In this document: in pieces, positions 55,708-63,043 of the stretch
Layout: each line of letters opens with the position of its first letter
How positions within the stretch are numbered: the stretch's first letter is position 1
Assembly (NCBI GenBank): GCA_013815355.1
Contig: JACDGG010000002.1
Coordinates: 23,908-87,907, forward strand
Origin: Solirubrobacterales bacterium
GTDB lineage: Bacteria; Actinomycetota; Thermoleophilia; Solirubrobacterales; Solirubrobacteraceae
Length of the DNA stretch: 64,000 nucleotides
Direction: 5' to 3'
The notes under the pieces: generated by a model
Seen by the model: only the letters and a program-made list of their open reading frames with translations
Database searches by the model: none
What the model was told of the DNA's origin: nothing
Position numbers and translations under genes: made by a program

Positions 55708-56556
55708 TCACGCGCCCGTCTCGACGGGGACTCCGACGAGGCTGCCCCACTCCGTCCAGGAGCCGTCGTAATTCTTGACCTGCTCGTGGCCGAGCAGCTC
55801 GTGCAGCACGAACCAGGTATGCGCCGAGCGCTCGCCGATGCGGCAGTAGGCGATGATCTCCTCGCCGTTCAGGACGCCCTTGCCGGTGTATAGGTCACGC
55901 AGCTCCTGCGCCGACTTGAACGTGCCGTCCTCCTGCACGGCCTGCGTCCACGGCACCGAGGCGGCGCTCGGGATGTGCCCGGCGCGCTGCGCACCCTCGT
56001 GCTCGTAGCCGGACGGTGAGACGATCTCGCCCGCGAACTCCGCCGGGGAGCGCACGTCGACGAGCCTTGTCGGGGCATCGACGGCCGCGAGCACCTCGTC
56101 GCGGTACGCGCGGATCGCGTCGTCGCCGGGCTGGGCGGCAAACTCAGCGGCCGGATAGTCAGGGACCGCGGTGCTCGTCGGTCGTCCGTCTGCGATCCAC
56201 TTTTCGCGCGGCCCGTTGAGCAGCAGCACCCTCTCGTGGCCGTAGTACTTCAGGTACCAGTAGGTGTAGGCGGCGAACCAGTTGTTGCGGTCGCCGTACA
56301 GCACGATCGTGTGCTCGCCTGAGACGCCGCGGCTCCCGAACAACCGGCCGAAGTCCTCGGGGCCGAGGAAGTCACGCCTGAGAGGGTCCTGCAAGTCCTG
56401 CTGCCAGTCCAAGCCGATCGCACCGGGTATGTGCGCCGCGGCATACAGCGTGTGGTTCTCATCGACCTCGATGATGCGTATCTCCTCGTCATTCAAGTGC
56501 TGTTCGAGCCACTGCGCCTCTACGAGTACGTCCTTCGCGTAATCAGACACGGGCAA
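55708..56556 (-). CDS. Thiosulfate/3-mercaptopyruvate sulfurtransferase (tandem rhodanese)
   Basis: Two rhodanese repeats and the active-site loop YCRIGERSAH. GTG 56550 (VSDYAK...) is an alternative start. Confidence 0.9.
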   Translation of the reverse strand: MPVSDYAKDVLVEAQWLEQHLNDEEIRIIEVDENHTLYAAAHIPGAIGLDWQQDLQDPLRRDFLGPEDFGRLFGSRGVSGEHTIVLYGDRNNWFAAYTYWYLKYYGHERVLLLNGPREKWIADGRPTSTAVPDYPAAEFAAQPGDDAIRAYRDEVLAAVDAPTRLVDVRSPAEFAGEIVSPSGYEHEGAQRAGHIPSAASVPWTQAVQEDGTFKSAQELRDLYTGKGVLNGEEIIAYCRIGERSAHTWFVLHELLGHEQVKNYDGSWTEWGSLVGVPVETGA

Positions 56557-57211
56557 ATCGCCTTTCCTGTTGGTGTTGATCCTCCGCGGCTCGGTCGGCG
56601 AGGCGCTGTTTAAGCTTGCATCGGGCGTCGTGGAGCGTCTTGTAGAGAGCTCCCGGCGTCGAGTCCAGCCGCTCCGCGAGCTCCTTCGCCGCCACGTCGT
56701 TGACAGCCATGGCGATCAGGACCTCACGCTGGTGGGAGCTCAGATCATGCGCAATCAGATGACCGATCGTGCGGGCGAGCTCACTCGCCTCGCTGAGATC
56801 TTGCGGGTCGTCCCCATCGCCGACACGCTCAACAGGCCACTGCTCGCCATCGGTTGGTGTCTCGCGGGTATGCCCCAAGCGCCGTCGGATCTCGCCCGGC
56901 ACCTCGAGCTGAGCAAAACGACGCGCCCAGGTGGTGAACAGCGCATCGCCGCGGAACTGGTCAAGCTTTCCCAGGATCGCCATCAGCGCATCATCTGCGG
57001 CCTGCAGCGCGAGCTCGTCGAGATCGCGACCTGAAGGGTGCGCCAATCCCGCGGTTCGCCGCCGAACCTCGAAGCGAGCCTCACTCAGCAGAACTGCGTG
57101 CAGCCTTCGGATGGCCGCCTCACGCACCAAGCCCTCGGAGCGCAGCTGCTCGAGCCACCTGCGCGACTGCGGATCAAGCCTGCGTCCCACGGCTGGAGTG
57201 GGCACGCTCAT
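56543..57211 (-). CDS. ECF-like sigma-70 family RNA polymerase sigma factor (paralogue 2)
   Basis: Region 2 (DELALQAADDALMAILGKLDQFRGDALFTTWARRFAQLE) and region 4 (LSSHQREVLIAMAVNDVAAKELAERLDSTPGALYKTLHDARCKLK). Start set at ATG 57211. The track ORF extends to 57418. Confidence 0.75.
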   Translation of the reverse strand: MSVPTPAVGRRLDPQSRRWLEQLRSEGLVREAAIRRLHAVLLSEARFEVRRRTAGLAHPSGRDLDELALQAADDALMAILGKLDQFRGDALFTTWARRFAQLEVPGEIRRRLGHTRETPTDGEQWPVERVGDGDDPQDLSEASELARTIGHLIAHDLSSHQREVLIAMAVNDVAAKELAERLDSTPGALYKTLHDARCKLKQRLADRAAEDQHQQERRFARV

Positions 57212-57467
57212 CGCAGGCCCAACAGGCGACGCCCCAGCCCGGCGGAGTGCCTGTGCGCCACCCGGCCAGGTGGATGCCCTGATGGCCTCGATATGGTCGG
57301 CGCATGGGAACGCAACCGGCGAACCGTCGCGTCGCTGGTGCTGGACCGATATCTCGGTGTCGTTGCGAGCGGGGCCGTGGTGCTCATTTGCTGCCTCCGG
57401 ACCGTCGAGGAATGCCATTTACACACTCGTACTGTAGATAAGCTATCACGTCCGCCAGCAACGAGCT

Positions 57468-57917
57468 TCATGCTCGTCCCGCGCTGGCGCGTATCCACGC
57501 GAGCGCTCGCTTGCGTCGTCCGCGACGGTCAGGGTGTGGCTCGACGATGGAGGTGTCGGCGGCGAGGAAGGCAGTCATCAGCCAGACCGCGATATCCCCA
57601 TCGGTGAGCACAAACCCGGCGTGATCCAGGCGGGCCACGACGTCCTCGCAAAACGACCGGCACACCAGGTCTGTCGGTCGGTGCCCCGTTGCGTCGGCGA
57701 GCATCGCAAACGCCAGCTCCAGCGCGCCCGGTGCCACGCGCCCCCAGTCGAACACGGCGGTGTCCCGGTATTCGAGGTGCGTCAGAGGCTGCAGATCGGT
57801 GCCGACGACGAGGTAGACCTCGGTCGCTTCAGGGCGGCGCCCGACGTAGTGGCGCTCCGGCCGCGAGCGTCGACGGCGCCGGCGTTCATGCCAATGTTCG
57901 GGCGATAGCGCGCGCAT
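57468..57917 (-). CDS. Hypothetical protein (150 aa), small actinobacterial DUF-like
   Basis: YVGRRPEATEVYLVV...FDWGRVAPGALELAFAMLAD...DIAVWL core. ATG 57917 begins 12 nt after the G of the motif core. Confidence 0.6.
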   Translation of the reverse strand: MRALSPEHWHERRRRRRSRPERHYVGRRPEATEVYLVVGTDLQPLTHLEYRDTAVFDWGRVAPGALELAFAMLADATGHRPTDLVCRSFCEDVVARLDHAGFVLTDGDIAVWLMTAFLAADTSIVEPHPDRRGRRKRALAWIRASAGRA

Positions 57918-57922
57918 ATACT

Positions 57923-57953
57923 CAATAGCGTCAAACGTCGATGCGCGTCTTAC
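57923..57953 (-). promoter_or_regulatory. Recurrent promoter-like motif instance GTAAGACG-N16-GCTATTG
   Basis: Minus strand. Heads the string of hypothetical gene, sigma gene and rhodanese gene. Leaderless arrangement. Confidence 0.6.
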
Positions 57954-57993
57954 GAGCGCCGGACAACACGCTGCTCCGGGCCGCGCATGGGTG

Positions 57994-58024
57994 GTAAGAA
58001 AGCGTGGCGCGTCGGACGCTGAAG
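57994..58024 (+). promoter_or_regulatory. Recurrent promoter-like motif instance GTAAGAAA-N16-GCTGAAG
   Basis: Divergent partner of 57923-57953. ATG 58029 begins 11 nt after the G of GCT. Confidence 0.55.
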
Positions 58025-58028
58025 AGAT

Positions 58029-58235
58029 ATGAGCACCCCTCCTCTTCCCGGCGCGGCGCATGCGCCCAGCATTTCGTCGGGCGCGCGTGGTCGGCTGGCG
58101 AGCATCAATCCCGCGGTGCGATCACGTCGCGTTGCAGCTGTGCGTCGAGCGATGCGTCGCCGCGATCAAAGCACCGCGCACGCATCGCCCGCGACCGGCA
58201 ACCCCGCACCACCCCTGCAGGCCCGGCGCAGGTGA
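58029..58235 (+). CDS. Small Arg-rich protein (68 aa), doubtful
   Basis: Begins exactly at the leaderless position of the motif, with the same ATGAGCACC opening as 60314. Only moderate GC3. Could instead be a non-coding or antisense transcript. Confidence 0.3.
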   Translation: MSTPPLPGAAHAPSISSGARGRLASINPAVRSRRVAAVRRAMRRRDQSTAHASPATGNPAPPLQARRR

Positions 58236-58261
58236 TGCAGCAATGGGTCCAAACAGCGGCT

Positions 58262-58708
58262 TTAGGAGGGTTCCAGCTCGCCGTGGACGCTGATCTTGAC
58301 GCCGGGGCGCAGCGCGTTTGACACGGGGCAGAGGTCGCTCGCCGCTGCGACGTGGCGCTCGAAGGCAGATGCGTCGAGCCCGGCCACGCGGGCGCGGACG
58401 CTGAGCTCGATGGTTGCGATCCGCGGCGCCCCATCGACCTCGTCCAAAGTGCACACAGCGGCCACCGCCAAATGCTCCGGGGGGCTCTCGGCTTCACCGA
58501 GCACGAGCGCAAGGGCCATCGCAAAGCAGCTTGAATGTGCGGCCGAGATGAGCTCCTCCGGGCTCGTCTTGCCGTCCGGCTGCTCGGTGCGCGAGGCCCA
58601 CGTGACGGGCAGTTGATCGAGCGCGCCACTTCGCGTCGATAGCGTGCCCGTTCCGCGTGCGAGCGTGCCGTCCCAGGTGATCTCTGCTTGTCTGACTGCG
58701 ATGGCCAT
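58262..58708 (-). CDS. OsmC-family peroxiredoxin
   Basis: SPEELISAAHSSCFAMAL and LCPVSNAL Cys motifs. Start set at ATG 58708. Confidence 0.85.
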   Translation of the reverse strand: MAIAVRQAEITWDGTLARGTGTLSTRSGALDQLPVTWASRTEQPDGKTSPEELISAAHSSCFAMALALVLGEAESPPEHLAVAAVCTLDEVDGAPRIATIELSVRARVAGLDASAFERHVAAASDLCPVSNALRPGVKISVHGELEPS

Positions 58709-58821
58709 AGGTTTTTCCTGTCTCTGGTTGGTGTAGGAGGCTGGGATGGGTGCCCGGCCCGGTCGCGCCGTTGCGGCGAGCACCCGTGCTCGAGGGGCGT
58801 GAGCGGTCGTGCGCTCACCTA

Positions 58822-58852
58822 CCTCAGCGTCGCCCAACAGCTCCGGTCTTAC
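58822..58852 (-). promoter_or_regulatory. Recurrent promoter-like motif instance GTAAGACC-N16-GCTGAGG
   Basis: Minus strand, about 110 nt upstream of the OsmC start. Confidence 0.5.
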
Positions 58853-58903
58853 CTACTGGCATCACAGCCCCGGACTCGCCGGCCATCTCGGATGCACCGC
58901 GAC

Positions 58904-58933
58904 GTAAGAACTTGCCGTGCTCGGGCGCTATGA
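58904..58933 (+). promoter_or_regulatory. Recurrent promoter-like motif instance GTAAGAAC-N15-GCTATGA
   Basis: Divergent partner of 58822-58852. Followed by GAGAGGAG and ATG 58971. Confidence 0.55.
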
Positions 58934-58970
58934 AGTAACGGAACATTGATCGAGAGGAGCATTGATCGCC

Positions 58971-60233
58971 ATGCCAAGCCGAGCCATACACAAGCCCTCT
59001 CTTCCACGCGTGGTTGTTGCCGGCGGCGGAGTCGCTGGGCTGGAGACGCTATTGGCGTTGCACGCGCTTGCGCGAGACCGTGTGGATGTCACGGTGCTGG
59101 CACCGGAGCTGAGGTTCGTCAACCTCTCGATGGCCGTCGATCAACCCTTCAAGCCGAAGCGTGGTCGTGGCTTTCGCCTCGAGGACACCGCGGTCGAGCT
59201 CGGTGCTCGCTGGCACCACGGAGTTCTCGACCACATCGAGCACGAAGCACATCGAGTGTTCACCAGGGATGGCGAGGAGCTCCCGTACGACATGCTCGTT
59301 CTTGCCGTCGGGGCTCATCCCGAACGGGAGTGGCAGTCGGTGGATGTCCTGACCTATCACGGCGGGCACGACGGGCCCAGCTACGAGCTGCTGCTCCACC
59401 ACCTTCTCGAGGGGCAGATCAGCAGGGTGGCGTTCGTCAAGCCAGCAGGAGCGAGCTGGCCGCTGCCGCTTTATGACCTGGCGTTGATGACCGCCGCGGA
59501 ATGCGCCCGTCACGGGCGCTCCGGGGTCGAGCTGAGCCTGATAACGCCCGAGGAGGAGCCGCTGGGGATGTTTGGCGCTGCCGCCAGCGCTAAGGTCCGC
59601 GAGCTTCTGGAGGCTGCCGGGGTCACTCTGCACACGAGCAGCTACGGCGCGCCGACTCACCGGGGATGGCTCGAGATCTCTCCCGGCGAGCGCGGTATGC
59701 GGGTCGACCGAGTCATCACCGAGCCACGACTGGCCGGTCCCCGGCTGCGCGGCATCGCGTGTGCGGCCGATGGGTTCATACAAACCGATGCCCACGGTCG
59801 GGTGATCGGCTTGGACGATGTGTTCGCAGCGGGTGACGCGACGACGTTTCCGGTCAAGCAGGGTGGCCTCGCCGCCCAGGAAGCCGACGCCGTCGCCGAA
59901 GCGATCGCTGCATCCGTGGGTGCCGAGATCGAGCCGCAGCCGTTTCATCCGATTCTCCGCGGCGTGTTGCTGACCGGGGGACCCGCGCGCTACATGCGCG
60001 CGGACATCAGCGGCGGCGCCGGCGATGACTCGACGATCTCTCGCGAGGCGCTGTGGTGGCCGCCGGACAAGATCTCCGGACGCTACCTCGCGCCCTATCT
60101 CTCGAGCCAGGTCGGCGAGGCCCTTGACGTCATGCCTCAGGGTGAGGATGTGATCCCCATCGAGATCCCACTTGAGTCCGTGGCGTCGAGCACGCTCGGC
60201 TTCGGTGAGCTCACGGACCTGCCGCTCAGCTGA
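58971..60233 (+). CDS. FAD-dependent oxidoreductase, sulfide:quinone oxidoreductase-like
   Basis: RVVVAGGGVAGLETLLAL fold and FAAGDATTFPVKQGGLAAQEA. ATG 58971 preferred over the TTG at 58962. Confidence 0.8.
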   Translation: MPSRAIHKPSLPRVVVAGGGVAGLETLLALHALARDRVDVTVLAPELRFVNLSMAVDQPFKPKRGRGFRLEDTAVELGARWHHGVLDHIEHEAHRVFTRDGEELPYDMLVLAVGAHPEREWQSVDVLTYHGGHDGPSYELLLHHLLEGQISRVAFVKPAGASWPLPLYDLALMTAAECARHGRSGVELSLITPEEEPLGMFGAAASAKVRELLEAAGVTLHTSSYGAPTHRGWLEISPGERGMRVDRVITEPRLAGPRLRGIACAADGFIQTDAHGRVIGLDDVFAAGDATTFPVKQGGLAAQEADAVAEAIAASVGAEIEPQPFHPILRGVLLTGGPARYMRADISGGAGDDSTISREALWWPPDKISGRYLAPYLSSQVGEALDVMPQGEDVIPIEIPLESVASSTLGFGELTDLPLS

Positions 60234-60279
60234 CGATCAACACGACGCGCGAGAACGTCAGCGCCCCGGGCGGTCCTGC

Positions 60280-60309
60280 GTAAGAAACCGCTCCAGCAGC
60301 GCGCTAAGG
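60280..60309 (+). promoter_or_regulatory. Recurrent promoter-like motif instance GTAAGAAA-N15-GCTAAGG
   Basis: ATG 60314 begins 11 nt after the G of GCT and no SD is present, so a leaderless arrangement. Confidence 0.6.
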
Positions 60310-60313
60310 ATAT

Positions 60314-61792
60314 ATGAGCACCACGACTTCGAGCAGCGTCGATATACCATCGGATTCTCGGCGCCGTTCGGTCGGCTCGCCGAACCCGACCACCCAGGTC
60401 GAGAGGCTCGCGCGGTTCGTTGCCGACTCGCGCTGGGAGGACATCTCCGATGCGGCCCGTGAGCAGCTGAAGCTCCGCGTCCTTGACTCGCTGGGCTGCG
60501 CGCTCGGCGCGCTGGGCGCCGAGGTGCCCGCGATGGTGCGTGCGCAGGTCCACGAGTTCGGTGGTGCGCCCCTGGCCACGCTGATCGGCGGGGGAAAGAG
60601 CGCACCCGATCGCACGGCTCTCTACAACGGCGCGCTCGTGCGCTACCTGGACTTCAACGATTCCTATCTCGCGCCCGGGGAGACATGCCACCCAAGCGAC
60701 AATCTCGCGGCGGTGCTCGCCGCTAGCGAGTACGCCGGTACGAACGGCCGCACGCTATTGACCGCGCTCGCGGTCGCCTATCAGGTGCAGAATCGTCTCA
60801 GCGAGGTTGCGCCGGTGCGCGCCAAGGGGTTTGACCACACGACGCAGGGAGCCTACGCGGTGGCCGCCGGGGTGGCGCGCGCACCCGGACTTGACGAGCA
60901 GCGGATCGCGAACGCGGTCGCGATCGCCGGGACGTCCCTGAACGCGTTGCGCGTGACCCGCACCGGCGAACTGTCGCACTGGAAGGGCCTCGCCTATCCG
61001 GCAACCGCAGCTGGTGCGACGCAGGCGGCGTTCCTCGCGAGGCTCGGCGTCACTGGCCCGCGCGAAGTGTTCGAGGGCAACAAGGGCTTCATCGAGGCGA
61101 TCGCGGGCCCGTTTGAGATCGACTGGGCCCGGGAGGATCTCGAGTCTGTACGGCGCACGATCCTCAAGCGCTATGACGCCGAGGTTCACTCCCAATCGGC
61201 GATCGAAGCATTGCTCGAGCTGCGCTCCAAGCACGATCTGAACGCGAGCGACGTCGAGCGCATCGAGCTCGACACGTTTCAGGTCGCCTACGACATCATC
61301 GGCGGCGGCGAGGAGGGCGAGAAGCACTCAATCGCCACCAAGGAGGAGGCCGACCACTCACTGCCCTACCTACTCGCGGTAGCGATGATCGACGGCCAGG
61401 TACTGCCCGAGCAGTATCTCACGGAGCGGATCGTCGCTGAGGACGTTCAGGGGCTCTTGGGTCGCGTGGAGGTGCGCCCCGATGGGGAGTTCTCACGACG
61501 CTTCCCGGCTGAGCACAGCGCCCGTGTGCGGCTGTACCTGCGCGACGGGCGCACGCTCGAGCGTGAGCAGCATGACTACGAAGGCTTTCACACGCGGCCG
61601 ATGAGCTGGGACACCGTGGCCGCAAAGTTCGACCGGCTCGCAGGCGCGCACATCGAGTCCGGGCTTCGCGCCCGGATCCAAGACGCGGTGAGCAACCTCG
61701 ACGAGCTGGAAGTCCAGGAGCTCACGGCGCTGCTCGCCGGCACGACGCAAGCCGATCTGGACCCCGCACTGAGACGAAGGAGACAAAGATGA
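60314..61792 (+). CDS. MmgE/PrpD-family protein (2-methylcitrate dehydratase-like)
   Basis: 492 aa. LDSLGCALGA, CHPSDN, FDHTTQG and the C-terminal domain are typical of the family. Confidence 0.85.
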   Translation: MSTTTSSSVDIPSDSRRRSVGSPNPTTQVERLARFVADSRWEDISDAAREQLKLRVLDSLGCALGALGAEVPAMVRAQVHEFGGAPLATLIGGGKSAPDRTALYNGALVRYLDFNDSYLAPGETCHPSDNLAAVLAASEYAGTNGRTLLTALAVAYQVQNRLSEVAPVRAKGFDHTTQGAYAVAAGVARAPGLDEQRIANAVAIAGTSLNALRVTRTGELSHWKGLAYPATAAGATQAAFLARLGVTGPREVFEGNKGFIEAIAGPFEIDWAREDLESVRRTILKRYDAEVHSQSAIEALLELRSKHDLNASDVERIELDTFQVAYDIIGGGEEGEKHSIATKEEADHSLPYLLAVAMIDGQVLPEQYLTERIVAEDVQGLLGRVEVRPDGEFSRRFPAEHSARVRLYLRDGRTLEREQHDYEGFHTRPMSWDTVAAKFDRLAGAHIESGLRARIQDAVSNLDELEVQELTALLAGTTQADLDPALRRRRQR

Positions 61793-62636
61793 CACCCGAC
61801 ACGCTAACCGCAACCGACGAGCTGGCATTCTCGTTCCTGCGCGCCAACCACCGCCCGTCAAAGCCGCGGACACGCGGCGTCACCGAGATCCGCGGCCCCT
61901 ACTACTCCGTGATGGGACCGCGCTACCTCAGGGACGTGCTCGAGACGATGGGCGAGCACGTCGACGCGCTGAAGTTCGCGGGCGGCTCCTTCACGCTGAT
62001 ACCCGAGCAGACATTGCGAGAGATCATCAAGATCGCCCACGAGCACGATGTGCTCGTCTCCACAGGCGGCTTCATCGAGCATGTCCTCACGCAAGGCCCC
62101 GACGCGGTCGAGCAGTACATCGACGAGGTCGCCCGATTGGGCTTCGACATACTCGAGGTCTCCGCCGGCTTTATCAGCATCCCCACTGACGACATGCTGC
62201 GCCTGGTCGAGCGCGTCCAGCGCACCGGACTGAAGGCAAAGCCAGAGGTCGGCATCCAGTTCGGCGCCGGCGGCGCCACCACCCCCAAGAGCTCGAGCAG
62301 GAGGGCACACGCGATGTCGGCTACGCGATCGACCTCGCACGCCGATGCCTTGACGCCGGCGCGTACATGATCATGATCGAGTCTGAGGGCATCACCGAGG
62401 AGGTCACGAGCTGGCGCACCGACGTGGTCGCAACGATCGCTCGCGAGCTTGGCCTTCAGAACGTCATGTTCGAGGCCGCTGACCCCGAGGTGTTCGGCTG
62501 GTACGTAAAGAACTATGGGCCAGAGGTCAACCTGTTCGTCGACCACTCACAGATCGTGCAGCTCGAGTGCCTGCGGCGCGGACTCTGGGGCACCAAGAGC
62601 CTCTGGGGCCGTGTCCTCACATACCCGGGAACGTGA
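61789..62636 (+). pseudogene. Phosphosulfolactate synthase (ComA)-like gene with a -1 frameshift in a C5 run
   Basis: ORF 61789..62370 carries the family N-terminus (RPSKPRTRGVTEIRGPYY...LKFAGGSF...). The family sequence ELEQEGTRDVGYAIDLARRCLDAGAYMIMIESEGI continues in the next frame from 62289 and runs to 62636. The break is at CCCCC 62282-62286. Confidence 0.75.
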
Positions 62637-62642
62637 GCGACC

Positions 62643-62996
62643 ATGACCATCCACGTAAAGGCCAAGCGGATCTACGATCCGCCGGAGCGGAGCGACGGCT
62701 ACCGGGTGCTGGTCGACCACATCTGGCCACGCGGAGTCTCCAAGGAGGGCGCTCACCTTGACCAGTGGGCGCGCGAGCTGGCACCGAGCGACGAGCTGCG
62801 CCGCTCGTTCGACCACGTCCCCGAGCGCTTCGCTCAGTTCAGCTCGCGTTATCGCGAGGAGCTTGCCGCACATGGCGAGCTCATAGATGAGCTGAGCGGC
62901 CGCGCCCGCAAGGGACCCGTGACGATCGTCTACGCCGCCCGCGACCAGGAGCACAACAACGCCGTTGTCCTGCGAGATCTGCTGCGCTGGGGCTAG
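62643..62996 (+). CDS. DUF488 (YeaO-like) protein (paralogue of 11394..11783)
   Basis: YRVLVDHIWPRGVSKEGAHLDQWARELAPSDELRRSFDHVPERFAQF. Confidence 0.85.
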   Translation: MTIHVKAKRIYDPPERSDGYRVLVDHIWPRGVSKEGAHLDQWARELAPSDELRRSFDHVPERFAQFSSRYREELAAHGELIDELSGRARKGPVTIVYAARDQEHNNAVVLRDLLRWG

Positions 62997-63043
62997 GCCG
63001 CGAGCGCGCGCCGAGCCAACCGCCCCGTCGGACGTTCGCGGGG

